Shown: positions 9,701 through 18,115, counted from the stretch's first letter. The stretch is DNA of 64,000 nt from Planctomycetota bacterium (GCA_045863855.1 BTVV01000016.1:16123-80122), one strand, 5' to 3'. The notes: generated by a model from the letters alone, not told the origin. Translations and numbers: made by a program.

Positions 9701-12497
9701 TCGTCCGCTCGACGTGGCTGTGAATCTCACCGTCGAACATGTTGATCACGCGCCCATCGTCGAATAACTGCGTGGCGCGCGGTTCCAAATCCGCCGGTCT
9801 TGCGTCGCCCGTAAACGCAATCCGGCAGCGCGAAAGCAGGACGCCGTTCTTCAGCGTGCCGAATCCCACGCGCCCCTCCGCCAGCGGCTGAGAGTCTTCG
9901 AACTCGAACGCGCGCTCGCCGTCCATGAAGAACCTAACCTTCGTGCCGATCCGCTCCAGGCGCAGATGGAACCAGCGTTGATGCAACTCGGGCTTGTCCG
10001 GATGCCGCAGCCGGTCGCTGGGCAGGCGAAATTTCTCTTCCGTCGCTTCGGCTACTTGCACGCCGTTGCGATAAAGGCGCGTCCAGTAGTTCCCGCCGCC
10101 GCCGACGATCACCGTATAGCCGCTGGAGAAATGTGTGCCGTCTCCGCAGATCGTGAGCAGGTAATCGCCGGGGCGTTCGTATGGCGGATCTTCGCGCTGC
10201 ATCATCATCGCCAGATGGGCATCGACGCTTTGGTCCCCGCTGAAGACGCGCTTGTTCCAGATTGCCGCCGTCGTCGCGCTGCGACCACCGAACCACGACC
10301 AGCGCGGATCGCAGATCCACTTGTTGAGCAACCCCCAGCGTCCGGAGGCGACTTTCCAGTCGGCCGGCGCTTCATTAAAGGTGTACTCGTACGCCAGCGC
10401 GCCGCCCACCTGAGCGGTTCGCGCGTCGCCCAAGTTGCGCAGCCCGCGCAACGCCACACGATCCCCGCGCGGAGGGGTGCCGAGCGGAAGTTCCAACCGC
10501 ACGCCGTCCACTTCGGCTTCGAGCGTCCCGCGTCCCGCATGCACAAAAATGCGCTCGAACGGACCGCCGCCCACCGGCGCGCGCTTCGTTTGGCCTCCGC
10601 CGCTGAGCACCGCTGTGCCTGCCTTGATGAAAAGCCCCGGAGCGTCGGACGACGGCGGAACGGCCTCTTCGCAGAACAGCCGAATCTCCAACTCGTCGAA
10701 AACCGGACGGCGCAACCGCACAAACTGATCCAGCGGTGTGCGCGCCGTATGCAGCGCCCACGGCGTGGCCGGGTCGCGCCGCCATTCCAGCGCCGGATTC
10801 GCCCAGCGCTCCATGTCCTGTTCCAGCGCGAAAATGTCGTTCAGCGCGCGGTCCGGCCGGCGCAGCGAGGCCAGGTTTGCACGGTTGGTCACCACTGCAA
10901 GATCGTCGAAGAAGACCGGATCGCCGCGCAGCGCGTACAGGCCGACTTGCCCGCGCTTGAGCCCCGGGACGGCCGTCTTGAAGACCTCTACGCCGTCCAC
11001 GAGCGCGCGCACCTCCGCGCCGCGCCAGTCGAGCGCCAGGCGATAAAATTCGTACGGGCGGTAACTCAGTGTGCGTTCTGCCAGTACCGTGGCGCGGTTG
11101 CCTTCAACACGCACCAGTTGCAGCGCTTCGGCTGCTGCGGGCGCGGCATCGGGCTCCGCGGGTACGCCCTCGCCCGGTTCGGAGGCGGCCACGCGCGGCG
11201 GCGGACCGATCCAGCGCAGCAGCACATAGTCTTGGGGCGAAGAGACCGCCACCGCCAGACCGAAGCCGCCGCTGCCCAGCGGCTTCGCCGCCACCTCCGC
11301 GGCGTAATCGCTCCAGCCCGCTTCGCCGCCCAGGATCATCCCGTCGGACCCGTCGCTCACAGGCTGAATCGCTTTGCCCACCATCGGTGTGCCCCAACGG
11401 AAGACGTCGCCGGTCAGCGTGAAGTCTCGCAGCGTCTTTTCGCCGCGCCGCAGGATCTTCAGCGTCAGGCGCTGTCCGCTGCGAGCGGCCTGCTGCAAAA
11501 AATTCTGTGCGCGCCAAGGCGAGAGATCGTCTACGGCATGTCCGTTGATCGCGACGATCGTGTCGTCTTCCTGCAGGCCGGCGTACTGAGCGGGGCTGCC
11601 GCCGGTAATGCGCAGGATATGCAGCGTGCCTTCGCCGCTGCTGAGCATCACGCCGATGCCGGTGTCTTCGCCGCGCATGCGGTCGCGGTAGAGTTTGTCG
11701 TCGGCCGGCGGCTCCGGGCCGAACGAAGCCCGCAGCGAGAACGGATTGGCGCTCCGTTCGGGAAACGTGAGCTGCGTCAGTTCCCAACGTCCGCGGGCAG
11801 GTTTCCAGAAACCGTCCGCCGATTCGCGCATAAATCCGTCGCGAAACTCCACGCGCGCCAAGTCCAGCGCCCGCCGCGTGCCCAGCTTGATGCCCGCGGC
11901 CTGCACCGCGCCAGCGCTGGGCCCTTTAAGTTCCAGGCTGCCTTTCCAAGTCAGGGCTTCGGTGTCGTCCCACCACACGCTCAATTCGCCGCTGCGCCAA
12001 AGCGCTCCCAGACGCATGTTCCCGTCCACCGCTGGAAGCCCGGCGCGGCCCTGCGCGAGCAATTCCGGCGCGGCCGATCCTCCGGCCAACCGTTCCAAGC
12101 GCAGCGACGGCCCCTGCAACCGCACGCGCACGCCGGCCGCAGTGGCCGGGTCGAGCGACAGATACAGGTCGGCCACCGGCGCATCCGGCCACGAATCCGG
12201 GAGATTCAGGCGCTGTTCGAGCCAGAAGTCGCCTTGCTTGGCCGAGGCGTCGTCTGAAAGTCGCACCGTTCCCAGTTGCTGGACTTCGTGCTCGCGTTCG
12301 GGCGAGGCGTGCGGATCGGGGTAGGCCGACGGAGCCGGTTCGGACGGCCCGGGCTGGGCCACGGGCGGTGCGGGCGTGGCAGGCGTCGGCCGCAGAACCG
12401 CCCAAACCGCTCCGGCGGTCAGGACCAGCGCCAAAATCAGCCAGAACGTGCGCAGCACAGCGCGGGGTTGGGATTCGGAAGGGGCGGGTTCGTCCAT
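6747..12497 (-). CDS. Giant (~1,916 aa) membrane-anchored protein with a PDZ domain, lectin/ConA-like domains and repeated beta-sandwich/Ig-like modules
   Basis: Single N-terminal TM helix (FWLILALVLTAGAVWAV), Pro-rich linker, PDZ (GIGVML...GGSPAQYAGLQEDDTIVAING), internal repeats. The start could be 12545. Confidence 0.85.
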   Translation of the reverse strand: MDEPAPSESQPRAVLRTFWLILALVLTAGAVWAVLRPTPATPAPPVAQPGPSEPAPSAYPDPHASPEREHEVQQLGTVRLSDDASAKQGDFWLEQRLNLPDSWPDAPVADLYLSLDPATAAGVRVRLQGPSLRLERLAGGSAAPELLAQGRAGLPAVDGNMRLGALWRSGELSVWWDDTEALTWKGSLELKGPSAGAVQAAGIKLGTRRALDLARVEFRDGFMRESADGFWKPARGRWELTQLTFPERSANPFSLRASFGPEPPADDKLYRDRMRGEDTGIGVMLSSGEGTLHILRITGGSPAQYAGLQEDDTIVAINGHAVDDLSPWRAQNFLQQAARSGQRLTLKILRRGEKTLRDFTLTGDVFRWGTPMVGKAIQPVSDGSDGMILGGEAGWSDYAAEVAAKPLGSGGFGLAVAVSSPQDYVLLRWIGPPPRVAASEPGEGVPAEPDAAPAAAEALQLVRVEGNRATVLAERTLSYRPYEFYRLALDWRGAEVRALVDGVEVFKTAVPGLKRGQVGLYALRGDPVFFDDLAVVTNRANLASLRRPDRALNDIFALEQDMERWANPALEWRRDPATPWALHTARTPLDQFVRLRRPVFDELEIRLFCEEAVPPSSDAPGLFIKAGTAVLSGGGQTKRAPVGGGPFERIFVHAGRGTLEAEVDGVRLELPLGTPPRGDRVALRGLRNLGDARTAQVGGALAYEYTFNEAPADWKVASGRWGLLNKWICDPRWSWFGGRSATTAAIWNKRVFSGDQSVDAHLAMMMQREDPPYERPGDYLLTICGDGTHFSSGYTVIVGGGGNYWTRLYRNGVQVAEATEEKFRLPSDRLRHPDKPELHQRWFHLRLERIGTKVRFFMDGERAFEFEDSQPLAEGRVGFGTLKNGVLLSRCRIAFTGDARPADLEPRATQLFDDGRVINMFDGEIHSHVERTSLPVAAQKALRGPLLEFKPISAPAPAPGEAGAGEGWRVENGIGGGPLALQWKKTLVDLSDHGVLRFAVRIEPGTLVDLCFKDLGSEEFYRWRLNGPEDANEDLPLIGRLEGPKADGRWHVIQADLGRDWRRFWSRRGFRQPPRMTLRPLLACLDNRSYALGGFGGNALHASYSASDLYFLKCSDVDREPPRLLEIVWPFDAAGDGRHATLRFADPGGSGVDPDTLQIQIQDRLLGGELIEFDETKQEARVDLWRALGERPLVDGALVPMTLGRFADRAGMAVAEPVQTAWTYKLTEAIAARKAASAPEIEARLDVDAALGRGRAHRAPVAPRLRLSQTAPAGGTREMALYETEAAPPWALESGSLRVVSLMDGAHFGLTLPGTVYNLAQWPYLELEYNIPSEVPVNLFYRGAQGGQHVLLLNDIGFAQDRGGEWATARLRREELGPPEDFKDDGTWRKSEIALLKHFAAASGGSSAYEIHHLALQDHGYQGNRRGMAYQIHALRALPAARSRGIAFRWTAHDLTGMADYAATIDEQPETIPVGKDVRLQESVEAALRRARQAEGEAPGTPAPAQSGWRWLHVRSKNAAGQWSPTTHYKFRLDDHSPRIVKTEPAAGSTMTGKTFRLHFAEDHVILPGSVQVRVNGQFFIDGQLGCVLDAGTNILTFDGSKVGERLVWPETGEVQVLVGGAQDTLGNRMIEPQVFTFMVDRTRDTEGPAVSQLRYCASDGATGRTPRRPMLLELSMALDFEETLGHVRPLRDCRIDWTSDPKDAAYGERAIKIVSLADDADVQVMLHKNAWYFDQYPMLHFDYKVEGEMALDLQLMVLGEWYTIRFLGPPGGERTLGEIATAGASGSWRHAGVNLRALLDEAVPQLPARIISQIVLTAHGQRGCKRGSALWLDNLHLLADGEAGVLEWTAAEDPSGIEGYSVLIDRTPDSEAPKRITDTSNTRRDEPRQGVWYVHVRAVDQAGNWGPTRHLRLDF

Positions 12498-12626
12498 GGC
12501 GCTCGCGAGGGGTCTGTTACCTTTATGGCTAGACGCCGCAACCAAGCCTTCTACATCGAAAATTCTAGGGGCGCGCGGCCTTCCGTGCAGCTAAAAGTTG
12601 GTCCGGAAAACCAGGAACCCTTTCGT

Positions 12627-13202
12627 ATGCGGTTAGGCAAACCCGGCGGCGTTACGTTGGTGGAACTGCTGGCGGTCCTCGCCATCGTGGGCGTATTGCT
12701 GAGTGTGGGGGTCTACGCCTACCGAGCCAGCCGCCGCAGCGTGGCGTTGGCTGCCGCGCGCGGGGAAACCCTGATCCTGAAGCAGGCCATCGAGAAATAC
12801 CGCGATCTGTACGGCTTCTGGCCTCCGGGCGAAGGGAACGCCGCCATCGTCCGGACCCTGCGTGCGCGCTACCGCCGCGATCCGGTCCTGGAGCCGCTCA
12901 AAGAGCGCCAGCAGGACGCCGATGGAAACTGGCTCGATCCCTGGGGCCGTCCTTACGCGGTGGAAATTCTGGACCCGGACGCCTGGCAGGCCGCGGAATC
13001 GGCGGTGGCCGCCGGCGCGGCCACCGTGCAGCAGCGCTATTGGGTCGCGGTCGTGCGCGGCCCGGTAAACGTCTATTCGCTGGGACCGAACGGGACCGAC
13101 GAGCGCGGCTTCGACGCCTCGGACGCCGCGCACGATCCGCCGCTGTACCCCACGGGCGCCGACCCGCAGGAGGTGGATGATCTGCGCGCGGGGGGGCGCT
13201 AA
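12627..13202 (+). CDS. Prepilin-type (GspG-like) pseudopilin 1
   Basis: Class III signal G|VTLVELLAVLAIVGVLL; T2SSG-type C-terminal motifs DPWGRPY, YSLGPNG, DDL. Confidence 0.85.
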   Translation: MRLGKPGGVTLVELLAVLAIVGVLLSVGVYAYRASRRSVALAAARGETLILKQAIEKYRDLYGFWPPGEGNAAIVRTLRARYRRDPVLEPLKERQQDADGNWLDPWGRPYAVEILDPDAWQAAESAVAAGAATVQQRYWVAVVRGPVNVYSLGPNGTDERGFDASDAAHDPPLYPTGADPQEVDDLRAGGR

Positions 13203-13206
13203 GCGC

Positions 13207-13764
13207 ATGCGACGCCACCCGCACCCGTCCGGCTTCACGCTGCTGGAAATGCTCGCCGCGCTGGCGGTCATCGCGATCCTTGCCGGGCTGCTTGTCGCGG
13301 TGATCGGGCCGATTCGGGAGAAAACCCGTCGCGCCGAAACCGCTCAGTTTATTCAGGCTATCGAAATCGCGGTTAAGGATTTTCAACTCGCTTGCCACCG
13401 ATACCCCTGGCCCGATCCGGAGCCTGGTGTGCCGTGGAACCTCACCGAAGAGCGGCGCTTGCCGGATGCCGCGGTATTCAGGGCACTCGCGCCGCAGTAC
13501 CCTTCCATTCGCTCCGCCGACGCGGACGATGCCGGCGCCGGCCTGAACCCCGACGGCCGCAACTTCCTCGTGGTCCCGCCGCGCTTCCTGGCGGAGAACG
13601 GTGCGGTTGTGGATGCTTGGGGACGGCCGCTGCTCCTGCATTGGGATTCCGAGTCCCGTGCACTCGTGGTAATCTCCTGCGGACCCAACGGAATCAACGA
13701 GTCCCTGACGCCGGACGGCGGCTGGCTTCCCAAACCGTACGGCGACGACGTGAACAATAGGTAG
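13207..13764 (+). CDS. Prepilin-type (GspG-like) pseudopilin 2
   Basis: G|FTLLEMLAALAVIAILAGLL; DAWGRPL, ISCGPNG, GDDVNN. Confidence 0.87.
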   Translation: MRRHPHPSGFTLLEMLAALAVIAILAGLLVAVIGPIREKTRRAETAQFIQAIEIAVKDFQLACHRYPWPDPEPGVPWNLTEERRLPDAAVFRALAPQYPSIRSADADDAGAGLNPDGRNFLVVPPRFLAENGAVVDAWGRPLLLHWDSESRALVVISCGPNGINESLTPDGGWLPKPYGDDVNNR

Positions 13765-13774
13765 TCCACGGAGC

Positions 13775-13811
13775 TTGGCAGGCCGTCCGAGTGCGGTAAG
13801 CTGAATATTCA
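13775..13811 (+). promoter_or_regulatory. Candidate internal promoter with an overlapping palindrome
   Basis: TTGGCA-16 nt-TAAGCT; perfect palindrome TGAATATTCA at 13802-13811. Confidence 0.4.
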
Positions 13812-13839
13812 ATCGATCGCCACGGAGCGCCCTCAGATC

Positions 13840-14220
13840 ATGTCGGATCATTCGCACGACAGCCACGGACACGATAGCCACGCTCACGCCAGCGGGGGTC
13901 ACGACGACCACGGACACGGCGGGCACGGCCACCATGAAGAACACTGGGGCGACTACAACGCCGAGCCGATTCCGCCGTCCACGCTTCCGACGGTGAGCGG
14001 GCCGGCGCTGCTGGTCTTTGGCGTGGCCCTCTTCGCGATGATCCTGGCAATCGGCTTTTACAGTTTTCAGGTGCTCAAGCGGGCGAAGCCGCACGACGCC
14101 GGCGCCGGCCATGCCGCCCATGCCGAAGCCGCCAATCCCCACGGTGCTGCGGCGCACGAAGCGCCCCATGGCGCGCATAAGAGCGAAGAGAAGAGCGGAC
14201 ATAAAGCTTCTCACCCCTGA
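13840..14220 (+). CDS. His-rich single-pass membrane protein
   Basis: 22 His in 126 aa (13 before and 9 after a central hydrophobic helix, ALLVFGVALFAMILAIGFYSF). Confidence 0.8.
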   Translation: MSDHSHDSHGHDSHAHASGGHDDHGHGGHGHHEEHWGDYNAEPIPPSTLPTVSGPALLVFGVALFAMILAIGFYSFQVLKRAKPHDAGAGHAAHAEAANPHGAAAHEAPHGAHKSEEKSGHKASHP

Positions 14221-14248
14221 TGGCCGGCCGGTTCTGGAGTGCGGTGCC

Positions 14249-14866
14249 ATGCGGCTATTCGCCTCTCCAAAAATCGCATTGCGCCGCGGATTTACCTTGC
14301 TGGAACTGGCCGTCGTCCTCTCGATCCTGGCCATTCTGATGGGCCTGGGCGCTGGGTATTGGTCGATGCGTGACCGCGAGCCCAAGGTTCGATCGGCCGG
14401 ACGCTTGCTGGTTCAATCCCTAAGGCTGGGCCGGCAACTGGCGATCACGCGACGGGCGCCATGCCTGGTGGAGCTGGTGAGCCCCGACCACGAGGCGTAT
14501 GCCGGCGCCGACGACGCGCCGGAAGATCTTGTCCGCGTGCGCTGCTTCCGGGGCGAGCGCGACCCCGTGACCGGCGCCATGGTTTACGTCCTGGAGCCCG
14601 GTGTTCACGACGAGCAAGGCCTTCCCGCGCCGGTGCGTTGGGATGAACTGCCCGATGCCGGAGACGTGCGTGAAGCCGGCGGAGACTCCACGCGTGTGCG
14701 CCGGCGCATCGGTTTCGTCTTCCTGGCCGACGGTACCTGCCGCGGCTGTGCCGAACCCGAGCCGCGCGCGACCGGGCGCATCGTGCTCAGGGATCAGGCC
14801 ACCGAACAGCGCGGCGAAATCGAGATTGCCGCCCAGACCGGGCATTTGCGCGAGCGCTATCCCTGA
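14249..14866 (+). CDS. GspH/FimT-like minor pseudopilin
   Basis: RRG|FTLLELAVVLSILAILMGL; LRLGRQLAITRR helix; FLADGT and IAAQTG motifs typical of GspH/FimT. Confidence 0.82.
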   Translation: MRLFASPKIALRRGFTLLELAVVLSILAILMGLGAGYWSMRDREPKVRSAGRLLVQSLRLGRQLAITRRAPCLVELVSPDHEAYAGADDAPEDLVRVRCFRGERDPVTGAMVYVLEPGVHDEQGLPAPVRWDELPDAGDVREAGGDSTRVRRRIGFVFLADGTCRGCAEPEPRATGRIVLRDQATEQRGEIEIAAQTGHLRERYP

Positions 14867-14870
14867 CGCC

Positions 14871-15659
14871 ATGAATCGCTCAGCCATAGGCTTCGCCGGC
14901 AGGCGCCTAGCCGCGCCGCGCGCGCGAGCGGGATTCAGCCTGCTGGAAGTCTTGCTCGCTCTGGCGATTCTCACCTTTGGTTCCGTCGCCGTTCTGGTCC
15001 TTTTCATGAACAGCCTGCGCACCATCCGGCAGGCCCAGGAAGAAAGTATCCTGGCGCTGCTGGAGCAGGACCTGAAAGGTAAGTGCCAGCTTTCCGCGTA
15101 CTTCGCCTTCGATGCCGCGAATCCGCGGCGCGGAACCTTCGACGGCTCAGTCTGGTTGCCGCGCGACCCGGCCGCACCCGACGACCCCGGCGCGCCGCCG
15201 TGGGAACCCGATAGCGAGCCGCCGCGCGTGGACGCCTATCTGAATCAAGACTGGACGGTCGTCCGTGCCGCGTACGACGCGCTGGCCGGGGAAGGCTTGA
15301 CTTGGTCCCAGAACCCGCTCTACGTCGGCTACCAGTACCGCCTGCGGACGGTCCTGCCCGCTTGGCGGGAATCGAACCAGCTTGTCGATTTCGACGGCTA
15401 CGGCTGGATCGGGGAGGACGAGACCGACGCCGACCTGGACGGCGACGGGCGCACGGGCGAAGCCGGAACGGGGCGCGACTTTGGGCCGCCTCGGCCCAGC
15501 CACGGCGTGGTCTACGATCCGCGCGGGCTGCGCTTTTATCTCAAACACTTGGAATGCGTCGTGGGCTGGGACTTGCAGGACCCGCGCGACATTTTCTCGG
15601 GGCAGTACCACGTCTTCCGCTTCACCGTCTACAATCCGGATGCGCGGAAAGATCGTTGA
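14871..15659 (+). CDS. PilV/GspI-like minor pseudopilin with an extended acidic C-terminal domain
   Basis: RAG|FSLLEVLLALAILTFG; contains DFDGYG and DADLDGDGRTGE. Confidence 0.8.
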   Translation: MNRSAIGFAGRRLAAPRARAGFSLLEVLLALAILTFGSVAVLVLFMNSLRTIRQAQEESILALLEQDLKGKCQLSAYFAFDAANPRRGTFDGSVWLPRDPAAPDDPGAPPWEPDSEPPRVDAYLNQDWTVVRAAYDALAGEGLTWSQNPLYVGYQYRLRTVLPAWRESNQLVDFDGYGWIGEDETDADLDGDGRTGEAGTGRDFGPPRPSHGVVYDPRGLRFYLKHLECVVGWDLQDPRDIFSGQYHVFRFTVYNPDARKDR

Positions 15660-15673
15660 GTCCGGGCGGGAAC

Positions 15674-16876
15674 TTACCTGAAACGGACCGTCGGCAATCC
15701 GAATCCGGAATCGCTCCGCGCCGGAATCTCCTTCGGGGGGGCGAGATACTGGTCGAAGAGGATCGAGATCCCCTGGATAGCGATGGCGCTGAGGAACGTA
15801 GCTTCGGCCAGCGGCGTGAGTTGACGCAGGAGCGCTTCCAACAGACCCACGGCGATGCCCGCCAGGATCATCCCGCGCTTCGAACGCGGACAGGTCGTGG
15901 GGCTGGCCGCCAGATAGAAGAAGCCCAGCAGCGTACAGCCGCTGAACAGATGGTACGTTACGTTTGGCGAACCGAAAATCTTGAGCGTCAGGCCCAAGGT
16001 GGCCAGCGCGCACAACGGCAGAATCCAGGAAACGGTTCCGCTGAAGACCAGCAGCAGTATGCCACACAGCAGCGCGAGCCCCTGGCCGCCGCCGATGGAC
16101 CCCGGTACGCCACCCAGCAATAGGCTCCAGCGGTCGTAATAGAACTCCCCTTTGACCTCCTCGATATCCTTGTCGGAATGCAACTGCACAAGGTCGAGCG
16201 GGCGCGGGCCGTAGATCGCTTCGGCCGGGACGGTCTGAGCTTCGTCTACGAACGGCTGGCGATTGTGCGTAAAGAGCTGCTCGTTGTACGCCTCTTTGCT
16301 CAAAGCGTTGCGGATATCCCCGCCAAAGAAGTCGCGCAGGTGCCGACCGGCCGGCGCTTCGCCTTCGGCGGGCTTGGTGATCTGGCGGACCAGCACGGGC
16401 CACGCCGGCTTGCCGGCGTCCGACGGGTGCATCGGAAGCGCGAACGATAGCGCATGCAGCGCCAGCAACGCCACCGCTGCAGGCTGCAACAACGGCATCC
16501 CGTCCACAGAGAGCCAATGCTTTCCGGCCAGGATCGCGATCACCCCGCCCAGGAACGCGCACCACAGCGGGAAGGCCGGGGGGAGCAGCAGTCCGACGAT
16601 CAGGCCCGTCGCCAGCCACAGCCCGTCTTCGGTTCCGTACGGATTATTAAGGATGAAACGCCCGTTGAAGCGATGCGTGATCAGGTCGGTGGCCAGTGCG
16701 CCCAACACCGCGGCCAGCACCACCAGCCCCGCGTACCAGCCGTAAAAGAAGAGGCCCACCAGAAGCGCCGGCAAGAGCGAAGCCGAAATGGTAAGGCGGC
16801 GCTTGGCCAGGGTCGCGGCATCCGGCGGGACGCTGGAGCGCCACAGCAGATAACTATGCAGTAAAGTCCATCTCAT
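15674..16876 (-). CDS. RnfD/NqrB-family membrane protein (divergent, not in an rnf operon)
   Basis: LLPALLVGLFFYG, DGLWLATGLIVGLLLPP, GGVIAILAGK, QPAAVA, GGVPGSIG, HLFSGCTLLGFFY, PTTCPRSKRG, LFDQYL follow the RnfD layout. Confidence 0.8.
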   Translation of the reverse strand: MRWTLLHSYLLWRSSVPPDAATLAKRRLTISASLLPALLVGLFFYGWYAGLVVLAAVLGALATDLITHRFNGRFILNNPYGTEDGLWLATGLIVGLLLPPAFPLWCAFLGGVIAILAGKHWLSVDGMPLLQPAAVALLALHALSFALPMHPSDAGKPAWPVLVRQITKPAEGEAPAGRHLRDFFGGDIRNALSKEAYNEQLFTHNRQPFVDEAQTVPAEAIYGPRPLDLVQLHSDKDIEEVKGEFYYDRWSLLLGGVPGSIGGGQGLALLCGILLLVFSGTVSWILPLCALATLGLTLKIFGSPNVTYHLFSGCTLLGFFYLAASPTTCPRSKRGMILAGIAVGLLEALLRQLTPLAEATFLSAIAIQGISILFDQYLAPPKEIPARSDSGFGLPTVRFR

Positions 16877-16984
16877 GGCGGGCTCGCGTGGGCTGCTTGG
16901 AGTACGATTCCGGTTCGCGGCGCCAGACGCATCCTCTGCGCCCTCGCGTAACCCGACCCTCGAAACCATCTTACCAAGCGCGGA

Positions 16985-18115
16985 TTATGGTAGCAACTCG
17001 CCCAGTTTTTGCGCTATTTTTTTGCGCCCTTCGGCATTAGGCGCGCGCCCATAAACGCCCCTCTGCTTGGGATCGATCCGCCATAGCGTTTCGTCCAGCC
17101 ATTCGCCCGGATCCAGCACCGAGGCATCCTGCGCCTTCGCGGACGCGCGGACTTCTTCCCACAGCCGCTCCTGCTGTTCGCGCGGCCGGCCGTAGTGGCA
17201 AGGCGGCGCCAGGGCGAGGCTCTTCGCGCCCATGAGCCGCAGCCGAGTCAGCAGCGCATCCAGCACGGTGCGGTAAACCCGCGGATCGGCTGCGACGTCC
17301 AGGTCTTCGGGCGGCAACGCCAGGATCACACCATCGGCTTGGGCAGTCTCCAGAGACCGCACCGCCGCATCGAAAGCTTTGAGAAGCGGTAGCGTAGGGT
17401 CGAGTTCGAACGGTCCCAGAGCCGCGGCCGAATGCGGTTCGGCAAAGGCTTCGGGCAGTAGGTCGCTTATGTCCACCGCATCTTCCGAACCCGGTTGGGG
17501 CTTACGCCCCCACGCTCCGGGCAGCAACGCCAGCACGCGCGCCGGTTTGGCGCTCGCGGGTCCGCCCCAAGCCCAGCGCACCGGCGCCCAGCGCCGGTCG
17601 TCCTTGGTCTGGCGGCGCTGCGTGAAGAAAACCAGCCGCGCCCCGCCATCCTTGATCCTCAACGCGCCGCCCGCGGCTTCCGCGTCCGGATACGCATCCC
17701 GGTCGCGCAGCACCCTCAAGACAGGCCCGGCCTGTTCGCCTTTCGGCGTGTCCAAGAATACGCGCAAGGTCGTCACGCCCTCGAGCCTGAAGTCCTTTTG
17801 GTACGTGGCAAAAGCCTGGGACTTGGGCTCAAGTTCGGTGCGATCCACGCGCACTTCTTTGCCTTCGGCGTCGAACAAGGCTACCCGCAGCTCGACCTTC
17901 ATCGCGCCGTCCGTAGCGTTTTCTATCCGAAAGCACGCCGTCAGCGGCTCGGTCTCGTACAGCGCCACGGGAAGGTGATCGACGATCAAGTGCACGCCGG
18001 CCCGCTTTTCCGCGGGAGGGCTGCTCGCGGGGGTGGCAGTATCTTCCCCACGCAGCGCCGACGGCGCCAGCAAGGAGCACACCAGGAACCACGCCAACGG
18101 CCCGAACTTCGACAT
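16985..18115 (-). CDS. Hypothetical exported protein; Ig-like N-terminus and degenerate SGNH-like C-terminus
   Basis: Signal peptide (ALRG-ED). The C-terminal PNAEGRKKIAQKL resembles SGNH block V but lacks the DxxH His. Confidence 0.7.
   Translation of the reverse strand: MSKFGPLAWFLVCSLLAPSALRGEDTATPASSPPAEKRAGVHLIVDHLPVALYETEPLTACFRIENATDGAMKVELRVALFDAEGKEVRVDRTELEPKSQAFATYQKDFRLEGVTTLRVFLDTPKGEQAGPVLRVLRDRDAYPDAEAAGGALRIKDGGARLVFFTQRRQTKDDRRWAPVRWAWGGPASAKPARVLALLPGAWGRKPQPGSEDAVDISDLLPEAFAEPHSAAALGPFELDPTLPLLKAFDAAVRSLETAQADGVILALPPEDLDVAADPRVYRTVLDALLTRLRLMGAKSLALAPPCHYGRPREQQERLWEEVRASAKAQDASVLDPGEWLDETLWRIDPKQRGVYGRAPNAEGRKKIAQKLGELLP

Noticed and set aside
9966..12257. Long antisense ORFs (also 7890-9470, 20227-21900, 42342-44081, 50171-51997, 61537-63759)
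   Set aside because: They lie opposite well-supported genes and have no recognisable motifs. Such shadow ORFs are expected in high-GC DNA.
14864..14873. Stop-codon readthrough or frameshift fusion between adjacent pilin genes
   Set aside because: The downstream gene is in another frame and has its own start and class III signal peptide; no slippery or SECIS-like signal is evident.
16985..18115. Active SGNH/GDSL esterase
   Set aside because: No GDS nucleophile motif and no DxxH His. It is at most a degenerate fold resemblance.
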